A stretch of DNA of 63,291 nucleotides, counting the filler, from Phoronis australis (Eukaryota > Animalia > Phoronida): NCBI GenBank assembly GCA_002633005.1. It is 12 parts of 12 records of this genome, joined end to end, with 100 filler letters (N's around TTAATTAATTAA, not from the genome) between each part and the next. Parts side by side here need not be neighbours in the genome. Positions count along the whole stretch, not along the records: positions 6,303 to 33,294 come from NMRA01000863.1; 11 more parts are not named here. The stretch is one strand, 5' to 3'. The notes below the pieces were generated by a model. It made no database searches. It was given only the letters and a program-made list of their open reading frames with translations, and was not told the origin of the DNA. Below are positions 13,065-24,826 of this stretch, piece after piece. The stretch's first letter is position 1, and each line of letters starts with the position of its first letter. A program made the position numbers and the translations under genes.

Positions 13065-13220
13065 CAGTGCTGTAGTGGGGCGTAGGCGCAGGTAGGCTCA
13101 GCCAACCACCTTTTGGCATTTGAACGTAGCGCCTACGTACCGAAAGTTACGTTTAGTGCTCAAGGTGATACGATGGGCTTTGGTCGCCTACTTATCTCAA
13201 ATTTTACCACTACATCACTG
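13065..13220. mobile_element. CAG..CTG MITE nested in the end of the Gypsy RNase H
   Basis: TIR cagtgctgtagtgg / ccactacatcactg; flanks gtgat / gtgct (5 bp, 1 mismatch). Confidence 0.7.
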
Positions 13221-13344
13221 GTGCTGATTAACTTAACAGGTTAGAGTATTGATTATACTTGGAAATTTGGTAATCAACTAGGTATTAATCATTATGTACA
13301 TGTAAGTCTTCCTTATTGAGAAATTGTGAGAAGTACATGTATAT

Positions 13345-13545
13345 ATAGTACTAAAAGTTATGACACTCTGAACTTCCGCGGGTGCTTCACTTCAGCCGTC
13401 CATATTAAGCACAAATCTCAACAGCGATTCAACAAACAATAGACAATTGTTCTTCCTGCTTATAGTATTTACATCGTCCTGCTCCAGGGAGTTCGCAAGA
13501 AATTCGCGATCAAAACACCAAAATCTTTGCAAAAGGCCGATGCAC
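13345..13545 (+). repeat. dispersed repeat copy A (inverted copy at ~32050-32285)
   Basis: shares tatgacactc..cgggtgcttcacttcagccgtccatat and aagaaattcgc with the reverse complement of 32050-32285. Confidence 0.7.
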
Positions 13546-16179
13546 CCATACTACTGTAGACGGGTCACGTGAGTAGCTTCAAAGTCAAATACGGAATTAT
13601 CCCACGGGTAACCTTCCGTGATGAACCGGAAGTTGCTGTTATCCTTCAGTAGCCCATCGCAACTGAGTAGCCAAACAGTGCAAGATTTACCGAATAATAG
13701 TACATTTTAACCACTAAGCGATAAAAAAACAAACTTTTGATTTTTATATGTTCTAAACTAGCCCAATACTATCAAATCACAATATCATATCCTTTGGTCG
13801 CTATCTGGAGGACTATGGTAAAATACAGCCCATTGAAAATTATTTAAAATGTTCAGTTTTTGAAAAGCTAATACTCAAATACTTAAACCTCTATCTTTTA
13901 AGTTTAAAATGTCAAACATGTTTCTAAACCTTCAGGTCTGATATATCCACAGGCAAAAGCCAGTTATTCCTAACTTTTAAAATGTCTTAATAGTCTTCAG
14001 TGCAGTTGGCAGCTATTTATACTGAAAAAAGTGTCGAAAGAGCCATTTTTACAAGATCAGCACGAAAACGAGGCTTGTGCCAGAAGAAATTGAGTTTGAG
14101 CATATCTAGGGATAGCCCAAACCCCCATAAAGTTTTAGGAAAATCTGTGACGGTCGATAGGATATAGCTGTGGCATTCCTATGCATGTGGGCTTACCTAC
14201 ATGTAAATTTATCATTTCAGATCTGCTCCTAGTTATATTGAACTAGTGGTTGATATACCACAAGATCTTGCGACGGTTTTACAATCATGACCGATAAATA
14301 TCCATTGCGACGAGTGTTCCCAGGACTATATTTTGCAGAATATGGCAAACATAATCACGCGCGTGGTACGTGGAGTTCTGTATCTACTTCGCGACTGATT
14401 AATATCCTACTTTCTCAAGAACTACCATGCGCTGCACAAGTCATGTTTGAGCAACTGGTCTCAGAATGCGGAATGGGTGAGGTAGCAGGGCCTGGATATT
14501 GACTTGTGACTCGAAGTTCCATCGGGTTCCTTAAGTAAACGTTTTGCAACTTGCCCACTAAACGGGCTGATAGGATCGATCTCAATCAGCAAAATTTGTT
14601 GTAAAGCAAATGCTCTTTTCACTCACCATCGACTCACCAACGTTGAGTTATGTTGATTTATTGTTTTTGTTAAAGCGGTCTGCAAGCGCACCATCGATCC
14701 CTTTGGGTTGTGTTAACCGGGCTCATTTTTTTAATGATCTTCAATTTGTTGTACCACGAACCTTTGTTTTATTCCTTGTCGATCAACGGATATAGATTAT
14801 TGCAATTTGTATTCAGGCACTTGCACTTTCTGTTTCGTTTGAACTGAACATGGTTGAATAACTTTTCTTCAATGTGTTCTGAGAATTTCAGAAAAAATAT
14901 AGACCCCCTGGTGTACATGGTTGTCGCGTTTTGTTTGGACACTTGCCATGTAATGGTTCATGTTTGCAAAACGTCTGTCATACAATGTGCAGATTTGTAT
15001 TTGCAGTGAAAGAGGCTGCCCACCTAAAGCGAGTTTGTCACGTCCGAATAGTTTTAAAAAGATGACATGTTAAAAAGGAATTCACGTATTGTAAAAAAAA
15101 CATTCGTCATTTGTATTTCACAGCGTTCCATGGGATTTTCTGAAAAAGACCGACCCAGAAATCATAAGCAATAGGAATCCGATTTAAGAGTTAACATGTT
15201 TGCACAGCTTACAAAAATGAGAAAAAGGGATAGAGAGAGTGTGGGGGAGGGAGACAGATGGGATGGGGTAAAAAAGAAAAAGAGATAGAAAAACAGAGAA
15301 AGGGGAGAGGGGAGAGACTGCGAGAAGACACAGAAAAAGTGTTTAAGGTCATTTTAAAACGGAAAATAAATTAACTTAAACTATAAAACAAAAGGTAACA
15401 GAGTTTGTTTTATGTCGTTTTGTTTTCTACAAGGCATAGTGTGTACAAGGGCCATAAAGTACCCTCGAGTCTACCAATGGTCTCCTACAGAGACACTAGC
15501 GTAACCTGGCGTAGTAACATCAAGACCCGTTTACTGTTGGCCGAGGGTTTTTCTGTTGTGCAGCGTACTCCAGTGTCATCTATTGACGATTTCATTGCTC
15601 CCGCCACATAACACTATCCAGGTAGAGTCACAAGCACTGATCCCTCTAGCAACGTAGTGAACATTTTAGACGACGTTACATTTGGGTGTTCCTTCCAAGA
15701 AGAGAAAAGTCACAGATTCACCGTTCTCAATACAGCAAGTTGCGAACTATTACTCGCTGAAAGGCTACGTGTTTTCTACGTCGAAGTTCTTCTAGATTAC
15801 GTTTAATGATGTATTATATGCAATGAAAACACAACTGTAATCAAATGTAACGTTGTATTTTCACGTGAACATCCACTGATAATTGTGCGCCAACAAGTAC
15901 ATGTAGGAGGTGGGTACAAAAACAACACATACCTACACCGTACAGTACGCACCAAAAGCATTCAGACGAAATGAGACAGATTTCCCCGTCACAACCGCTG
16001 AGCGAGAGCCGAATTCGTCGCCAGAGTAGTCCCCCTGATGACCGAGAATGATGGGAATTAAGAAAGAAAGTGAGAAAGGTGTCTAAGCCGTTCCGTACTT
16101 GTAATTTTGCGCCGTAAGAGTTATTACCAGTTATTTTTGCTGTTAATTCTCATGACGGAAAACGATATTTTACTCTAGG

Positions 16180-16625
16180 CTTAAACCTAAACCTTAGGCT
16201 AACGCTAACCATAACCCTGAAGCTAACTCAACCCTGACTCTAACATCAACCCTAATCTAAATTAAACCTAACCTGAACCCTAACCAACCCTAACCTTTAC
16301 TCCAAACTTAATTCAAACGCTAACGCTAACCCTAACGCTAACTCTAACGCTAACCCTAACTCTAACGCTAACGCTAACCCTAACGCGGCTAAGCCTAATC
16401 CTAACGCTAACCCTAACCCTAACACTAACCCTAACGCTAATCCTAACCCTAACGTTAACCCTAACGCTGAGCCTAACCCTAACCTTTAACCAAAGCCCCT
16501 AACCCCTTACCCCTAACCCACTAAGCCTAATCCAATCCCTAACCCTAACCATAAGTCTTATCCTAATCCTATCCCTATCCTATCCTGACCCTAACTCTAA
16601 CCCTAATCCCGACTGTAACCATAAG
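16180..16625 (-). repeat. interstitial degenerate telomere-like (TTAGGG)n tract
   Basis: roughly 70 hexamers CCCTAA/CGCTAA/CTCTAA on + strand. Confidence 0.9.
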
Positions 16626-16907
16626 CATCGCGAAGTCTTGCATGGCCTTGCACCTATGGAACGCACACCAGAAAGCCAGATACTATAGAACATTAAAACG
16701 GTGGAAGAAGAATGAGTTCATAACTTACTATTAAATAATTAATCAAAGGCACCCGTGCCTTTGAGTGGAGCCAGACAATTATAGTTCCTGAAAATTTAGT
16801 CTTGATCCACACTTGTACATGTAAGCCATATTTGGTGGCACTTTAAAGTAGATTCATCAGCTTTGGTTTCCATGTAACTGTGACCTCATTGTGAATCACA
16901 AATGTAC

Positions 16908-17027
16908 CCTGGTTCTGGTTGTAGATGTCCCTTTCTTCTATATGGCGGCTTACTGTCCCAGCATTGCGTCTTAGTGTTTTGACAAAGAGATTTATTGCGT
17001 TATCAGGTAGCCTAACATGAGTGGAGT
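16908..17027 (-). CDS. putative orphan exon, unknown product
   Basis: tttcctacag|..|gtacat, 120 nt, phase 1-1, STHVRLPDNAINLFVKTLRRNAGTVSRHIEERDIYNQNQ; no recognised homology. Confidence 0.25.
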
Positions 17028-18654
17028 CTGTAGGAAAATTTGCTTTCTCTAGTGCTGAGCGTTCGCAAGGAAATTGTGGTCTAGGGCTAAAATGTGTCAA
17101 TTTTTGCGTTTGAAACTTATTTCGAAGCTCGGGCTTCTTTTCTGTGGAACTGAAAAGATAAAATAGTTGACACAGAAATAGAGTTCCTGTGTATAGCTTT
17201 TGAGGTGAAATGACTCACAGATTAGCCAAAAGGCGACAACATGAGTGCAGATGATGTGTGCACTGTCACGCAAAGCCCAGTGGAAAAATGGGGTGCAATC
17301 TGTACACGTTAGAACCTCGTGAAAACGCAAAATCACGCAAGATTTATCGAGAAATTGCTATGTATTACAAGCAAAGTACTGGTTATACTACATGTAGCTT
17401 CCTTCGGGAGAGTCGTGCATCAACAGCATCCAGCTTGGTTCCGTGCCTCCTAAAGACGATGCTAAACGGAAATCAACAAACGACATTTAATTGGCAATGG
17501 ACTATTTCTCAACCCTCATCGATTGGTAGGGGATGTTTCCATGTTTCAAAAAATTTCCTTGATTCCATATGTAAAGGTCAGGTATAGGCTGATAACCATT
17601 CTGCATGTATTCTAAACTGACTTGGCTCCAAGTTACTAGTTCTTAGGCCTGATTCCATGTGTCCCTCTTTTTTGAAGTGTTGGCATTGATACTTGATGGA
17701 GGGTATCGCTTTTCGTTCAGAGTAACTGTCATTAAAACGCCTCGAAGAACTGCGTAGTGTCGACGATTAAACACGCTACTCTGATTTTTTGCCTTAGAAT
17801 ATCACGCAAAATACGCAAGGAACCAACGAGAGTCTATACGCGCTGAACCAAGGTCCCGAGTGTTTGGCAGTTTTGGAGAAGTCGGTCTCCAAATGTCACC
17901 CAAGCGAACCCGGTTATCCGAAGACACCCTCAGATAATAGATTTTGTCTACATGTTGGCGAGAACACATGTAGACTTGCGTAGGGATAGCGAATGTATTT
18001 ACAGTACACCATAATAAAATAAATCCAAAAAATTCAAAAGATTTTCAATCAAAGGGACGTTATCGGTTCCACGGCTGAACACATAGTTTTTGGATGTTGT
18101 GCTGGACATGGCCTGGTTGACTTTTTGAAGTTATTAGCTTTGACAAGAGTTATAAAAGTTCAAACTCAAACTCATATTGCCAATTTGCGCCGTAGTTGTC
18201 TGAAGTGCCTTCGCCGAAGTAAAATCACCCAGTTGCGAAATAATGGTATCAATGACTTAACAAAATTCTGTTTGATATCGATGATGAAATCTCTGTTACA
18301 TTTTTTTTCAAATTATCATTGCATTTCCGTTCTACTGTAGGCAACGCTCGTTCATGAAAGTCATTTAGTTTCACGCGGTGGAGCAAATTAGTTAAAAGGA
18401 CTGAATTCCCAATAACAACGTGCTGGGGAACAGTGTCATGTGAATATGATTAACCTTTCACCTTTTCGTAGTGATTTTTCTTATAGACTGCCCTTTGAAT
18501 TGTAGGAGATATCATTCCATAAACTTTTGCTGCCAATAGTACAAGATGAGACGCTACGTCGTTGTCCCAAAATCACTGACACCTTTTTCAAAAACAGCTT
18601 CAAAAATAGTTTAATAGTGGATTTTTGTAGTTGGAACCATTTTGTAAGGTTTTG

Positions 18655-19267
18655 TATGATGAGCCGTTGGGGGAAAGTGTTGCCGAAAATGTACAAGCTT
18701 AATTATGTACATTACGCCGTTATATACGCCGTTAATTATATACGCCGTAAAATTACGAGCGTAACTTAATTCTTTACGGCGTAAAATTACGCTCGAAATT
18801 TAGTTTAAACTCTTAGTCAAATGACGTTCGGTTTTACAACTCACAGTCGCGAGCGCTCATGGAAGATGTTATTTACTGACGGGTTAAATCTTTACACTAC
18901 GAGCGTTGAATCATGGCGGATCAAATCGCAGCTGCAATGTCAGCGATTGTGCAAGAACGAGCTGCCTAGCAACAGTCGACCGTGTATGTTAGCTTAACAC
19001 TGACTGGTTTAAATTTGGAACGTTCTTAAGGTATTTTGCGACGTAATTTACGGCGGCATTTCCCCCATTTAATTTCCGGGCGTAATTTTACTGCAACACT
19101 TTCGCATTTTAATTTACGCTCGTAATTACGAGCGTACTTTGAAGACGAAACTTTTCCCCATTTAATTTTTTAGCGTAATCGTACGGCGACACTGCTGCAA
19201 TTTAATTTACGGCTCATAATTACGAACCTAATTTTACAGCGACACTTCCTCTCAACGGCCCACCATA
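18655..19267. mobile_element. MITE with ~35-bp imperfect TIRs, TA at both ends, internal ttacg(g/a)gcgtaa sub-repeats
   Basis: tatgatgagccgttgggggaaagtgttgc vs reverse complement of the right end tatggtgggccgttgagaggaagtgtcgc. Confidence 0.7.
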
Positions 19268-20990
19268 GTTTTGAATCACCAACGAAAGTAAATCTTGGTA
19301 TGAACTTCTGTTGGAAAAGGCAACCTTTCCGGAGTACGAGTATGTGATGCGAACCTGTCGTGGCTAGCTCTTAAAGGCACGCTATCGTTTTTGCAGCCGT
19401 AAGACGCAGTTTGGAATTGGAAGCGAAGGACTTTTTAAAGGAAACAAATGACATGCGCTTTAGCGAACGATGCCATTTGTATCACGATTCTTTCTGGCTG
19501 GGAGGAATTTGATGATTTTCGATTCGATTCTTGTTTATTAAATTAATTCAGTGGTTCACAAACGAAATTTGTTAACTTGCCACTTGTACCAGTTTTAGCA
19601 ATGCAATAGTTAAAAAATGATAAAATTATAACTAATGAACTATCCTGAGCTGTTTATGTGTCCAATATCCCAATTTTCGTGATTGTAAGACACCCATACC
19701 AACGGCGAAATTGGAACTAAATATCAAATCGAAATGTGGTTCGGCGTGTCGATATCGAAATCGTTTGCTAGTGCATCGAGTTCGATTTTAATTTGATTAA
19801 TCGTCGCACCTTTATCAAAAAGCAATGTCAGCATTACATGTAGTTTGAATAAGTCAATCGTTGCATGCGCCCCAGAATAGGTTTAGCTAAAGCGTTGAAA
19901 GCAAAGTTCCATGGCCCTTACAAATTAGAATTAACTCGCCTACCGACCGGAGCATGAATTGAGTCAATTTCAAACCAAACAAGCAATATTAAAGCTCAGA
20001 TGTCATAAAGTCTTGACCCACCACCAGTTTCCGAACACTTTCTTGCTATTTTCAGAAATTCTCTTATTGTCGAATCCCCGTCTTCGACTAGAGCGCAATG
20101 CAAAGCGGGTCGGGTGGTAATGGTACATTTGACATTGACTGCACTTAGTCAAAGAGCTATGGTGAAAAAGTGACGTCTTGACAATTAATCCATAACGAGT
20201 TAGTTGATGAATATCAAATTCTGGTACCGATTTCACAAGGAATCAAATAGGTTTGGTGTCGTTTTAAACTCCATATTCTGAAGATTTGGCGGAAATCAGT
20301 GACTTATATTTCCAGTTGTTCATTGAAACTTCTTTACCTGTCGAGGAATTCAAATATCTATTGAATGATTACAGAATCATGATGGTGAATTCTTGTACGC
20401 ATCGAAGCCGGAGGCTGGCTCGAGGCAATACCACAAAAGAAAAAATAACTCTCTGGAGACGGTGTGAGAGAGCGGCGAAACATCTGGCTGAGTTGACGGC
20501 ACTTTTTTAGGTACCCCTTAATGAGTTTGGTCATTCTTCCGTCTCAATTTGTGTCAACGTTAAAGGCTATGGGGGACAAAATTTGGTTGAGAGGACCAGT
20601 CATGCGGCAAACTACAGTGTATGTGACCTCCACACAAAGTATCCTTTGACAAACAGTGAGGAGGCAACACCAGGCGAAACATGACTTCAAACAACGTAAA
20701 ACCAAATAGTCGCACAATACCTGTATTGAAGCTCAAAATACACAGGAATACACTTCAAAATGTAAAGCTCTGCAAATACTCCAGGGCACATAAATTAGAA
20801 TAATGATTCCCCCAACCGGTGCTTGTAGTAGAGTCCCAAGTGAACTCTCAGTTTTCTGGTGAGGGGGCGCAACACATAAGGCGTCGCCATCAGGAGAGTC
20901 TCTTTTCGTCGTTTGTTCGTGACGGAAACTTATTCTTACGATTTTTCTTTTGTTTCAGATACCCTTGATCGTCATCAGTGTATTCTTTTC

Positions 20991-22185
20991 TCACGCTGGC
21001 GCTTTCATTATTGACAGAAGTGCAGTGGCCAACGCGGTAACCTCACGTCCCTCGTTGCCACAAGAAGCATCAACAATGTCGCCGCGGATTACATTGATAA
21101 CGTCAGTTACAAAACCGTTGTTGTCGTCTGTGCCACGACATTCCTGCACTCTATTTGTAAAAGAACTTTCAGGTTCAGTTTCAACATTTATATCGTGCCC
21201 TGTGTCACCATTTCCCATTTGTATCGTGCCCTGTGTCACCATTTCCAAACAGAGTATCATGTCCCGGATCACCATTTCCATAAGGAGCATACAGAGTATC
21301 AAGGTCAAGGTCACCATTTCCATGCAGAGTATCATATCTTGGATCACCTTTTCCACACAGAATGTCATGCCCTGGATCACCATTGTCATACGCAGTATCA
21401 TGCTCTAGATCATAATTTTCATACGCAGAATCGTGCTCAGGGTCATCATATTCATACGCAGAATCGTGCTCAGGGTCATCATATTCATACGCAGAATCGT
21501 GCTCAGGGTCATCATTTTCATACACAGAATCCTGCTCATAATCACCGTTTTCATACATAACATCAAGGCCAGGATTACCATTTCCATACGGAGTATCATG
21601 ACCTGGATCACGAATTCCATACGGAGTATCGTGACCTCGATTATTACTATTTTCATGCGGAGTATCATGCTTTAGGTCACCATTTCCATACGCAGTATCA
21701 CGCTCAAGATCATCGTTTACATATGTAGTAACATGGTCAGGATAACCATTTCCATACGCATCATGCTCAGGGACACAATTTCCATGTGGGGTATAATATC
21801 CTGGATCACAGTTTTCACCTGAGGTACAATGATTTGAATCACCACTTCAATATGGAGTATAATAGTAAGGATAACCATTTACATACGGGACACCATGCCC
21901 TGGATCACGATTTCCATACTGAGTATGATGCCTGATGTCAAGACCGTGACCATTGGTACTTTTCCAAGACCTGGACGTATACGCACCGTAGAGGTTGCCG
22001 GTGGTTGCCTACCGGCCAATAGTTATCGTGGGACCTATTTTGTTGACGAAGTGGTGAAAAGCTTGTCCCGACATACCGTCTCGCGTGGCACGGTATCAAC
22101 TTAACACTTTTGGCTGGTACGCGCATGTACAATTGCAGCTTTCTAAGATCTTTACTTGTCATGAGTTTAGAGTCTTCTATGAATT
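20991..22185 (-). pseudogene. second, truncated TLDc exon fused to the minisatellite
   Basis: ttttcag|(E)FIEDSKLMTSKDLRKLQLYM..KLI/[frameshift]RATRDGMSGQAFHHFVNKIGPTITIGR*ATTGNLYGAYTSRSW then repeats in frame; internal stops. Confidence 0.7.
21195..21935 (-). repeat. 33-nt coding-type minisatellite, ~22 units, (HDT/SxYGNGDPG)n
   Basis: 33-nt periodicity, e.g. three near-identical catacgcagaatcgtgctcagggtcatcatatt units; explains the overlapping ORFs at 20950-21675. Confidence 0.9.
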
Positions 22186-22504
22186 CTGAAAAATGATAAT
22201 AATTCACACAAACTTTGCCATAAGTTTTACAACTACGACGTTGTTAAGACTATGGAAAGCATCTCTCAAGAAACTCACACCACTGAGAATGGATAGCGAT
22301 GGACCCCAAGACAAAATGATGCTTGTAAGACATTCAAAAGCATCGTCGATCAACATCACGTTCTCTTTAAAAGGGGACATAGCAAACTTTTAGGATAGTA
22401 AATAACAACACAAATAAGATACAATTAAAACAACGGCAGCTACAACCATTTATAGTCATTGTGTAATAGGTTGAAGAAATTTCGACTTCGATCCACCGAC
22501 TTAC

Positions 22505-23010
22505 CTACGAGGCCGTATACCTCTATGTCCTCCCATGTGACGCCGTACCCACAATCGAGTGAACCGTTGTAGTGGTGTCTTGAGCAGAATCCATCGGAGG
22601 TGAGTTCTTTGTTGTAATTGAGATACCTGTTAAAGAAAATCAAGTCATCGCGTCCAAATGCTAGCCCACAGGTCGGAAAACCCACAATAGCTTTAGGAGG
22701 TACCGTTTGCGAATACATTGCACTTGTGCATTCTTGTGAGCCACACAGACGGAAGATGAAGGCATTCTTATCGGCGGCTACGCTTTGAGATCCTGACCAA
22801 GCTCTAGCTGTGTATCCGCCGTAAACGGTTTGAGTATTAACCTTGCGACCTATGGTGATGATATGCCCCTGTTTGTCGCATAGCCTGTGAAATATTTTGC
22901 CTACCATGCCATCACGCGTAGCTCGATACAGCAATCGAAGCGTCTTCTCTGAAACACTCATGTACTGCTGTAGTTGGGATAAATGTTGAGCTTTGAGTCT
23001 TCGATGAACT
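22505..23010 (-). pseudogene. TLDc-domain exon (IFI44-like TLDc), probably frameshifted near its 5' end
   Basis: LLYRATRDG..FHRLCDKQG..ITI..VYGGYT..W..DKNAFIFRL..G.AFG..DL..EDIEVYGLV; tag|..|gtaagt; ~10-nt deletion relative to the second copy after EFIEDSKL. Confidence 0.8.
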
Positions 23011-24639
23011 CTAGAAACAAGGGAAGAAAAAGAACTGATAGTGTTGAAGATGATAAAGAAACTTTTCATCGACCACATGGGTATGACAAAACTTTGATAT
23101 GAACCATCTCTTTTCGTCATTGATTAGGTGGTCCTGTGCACGTGAGTTCTGCTTTAATAAAGACGACAGACAGTGACGGTGTAATTGGGATGCTTCCCCT
23201 GAGAAGTCCTGCCAAGGGAGGGCGCCAACATCTTAGTTTGGGCGCCCAAAGCTCAAAGTAAACTGCTTTAAGCTGCGTGCATAAAGTTTTTGCTTTCGTT
23301 GTGTTGGTTGTGCATCAAAAGTTTATAGTTGAAACGGTCTTACACGGGGCACCGTGTCGTTTGAATTTTACTGCGACAGATTAGCGGCGATTGGGAAACA
23401 ATTACTCTGTTCGTGTTTTGCACTCCTTAAGTCGTCCCAAAACAAAACAAACAATGCACCCGGCCTTTGTGTATGTCGTTCACGGCACAGGGTCCCCAAC
23501 AACTCAACAGCGGGCATCCTGAGATCAGGGTTGGCCATTCGAGCACCTTGGCAACTTCTCGGCCGAGTTACATTCAACCAAGGCAGTTGCTTGCACCTGC
23601 AGCGAAAACACGTCACTTATGAAGCACTGAATTCTATACGATAATTCAACTCCAACGTGTTATTCAATGTATTTTAATACATCATCGACCAACCACTTCA
23701 GTAGACGCCATTTCCCTAAGTTACTCCGGTAAGGTTTTGAAACAACGTGTCTTTCACTCTCGAGACTTTGAAATAACTTATAAATACTCGCTATCTTGCT
23801 CGTGTCGAAAGAAACCTGATCTACGGAACGCTGCCAGAAGAACCGACTGGTAAGTTTCCAAACGCACAGGCAACGATTACATTTGAAAATAACTTTGAAG
23901 ATGTGTGTAAATATCTGAAGTGCTTCGGATGGAGTTTGGTGTGACCAGGTCTATACTCACTAATCTATAAACTTGTTAACCTTCATTTCACGAGAGCATC
24001 AACAGGTCAACTGTAGGGCCACCGACTCATATGTTAAAAATGTGTGTACATGCATCTTGGGGAGATATATTTAAAATATTTATTTTGATTTTTGGGCAAT
24101 AATTTTTCAAGATAAAGTGTCAGGAATCCTTTTGGCTCAAAAAGATCCATTTTTGGTGCAAAAGTATTCAATTGGTTTTAAAACTGCTTAGAAGAAAAAA
24201 ATTATAACGTTTATGTAAAGAATGAACCTCTCTATCAGACGACAACCTTTGGATTTTGAGGGGGGTTTCGTTAACCTTCACTGAAGTGCCGAAGTTCAGT
24301 AATTTTTGCCCTATTTTTGTTTTGATTTTTAGCCATTTTGGGGGTCTCTGGGGGTCCGTTTGCCAGGTGCTGGTGATTCCTAATGCTAATTTTCGGATTG
24401 CTGTCTGACTGAGAAAATTAAATAATAAAAATGAAAATGAGCAACAACCGATAGAAAATTCACACCATGGCGTATTTAACAGTGCCTGTCTGCGGGCAGT
24501 ATGCAGCTGTATTTCGTATACCTCAGAAAGTGATACATTAATTTTGCAACTATGCTTTTATGGTGATCAAATCAGTGTACTTAAAATTTTAAATACTTCG
24601 AGTACGGCTGACCCCCCGGTAGCACTCACTATAACTAGA

Positions 24640-24710
24640 TATCTTTGGTGAAATTTCATCAAATTTGGCCAAAACGCTTCCATCGAGGAAACAATGGCAC
24701 ATTCCTGTTT
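24640..24710 (+). repeat. dispersed repeat end shared with ~43100-43170
   Basis: tctttggtgaaatt.cat..tttgg.caaa..atc.aggaaaca.tggcacat occurs at both sites. Confidence 0.55.
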
Positions 24711-24826
24711 GAGAACCAGGTTTCGATATTAATCTAATGTCTGTTACAATACTTGTTTTCTGTCTACTATTGTACCTGATTATGGCTTTTGATTAATACC
24801 TAAACGCCGTGTGAATGCTGCACTCT

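Larger units (their letters stand above)
11580..13245 (+). mobile_element. decayed Gypsy/Ty3 LTR-retrotransposon pol (RT + RNase H), possibly Gmr1-like
   Basis: SPVVLFKKKD..R.CIDFRSLNAITK, MPFGLANS, K.L.SFLG.AGYY.KFI..F.EIA, QTDASDTG.G..L, E.ECL.IVF.V.KF..Y.YG.EF.IQT, ending in a VGAD-like motif; many frameshifts and stops. Confidence 0.9.

Noticed and set aside
21195-21935. Regular ~33-bp repeats as a CRISPR array
   Set aside because: Units are contiguous with no unique spacers, no cas genes, eukaryotic context
23011-23120. N-terminus of the 226-aa ORF 22440-23120
   Set aside because: Lies upstream of a splice acceptor that is homologous to that of the second TLDc exon; probably intron read-through
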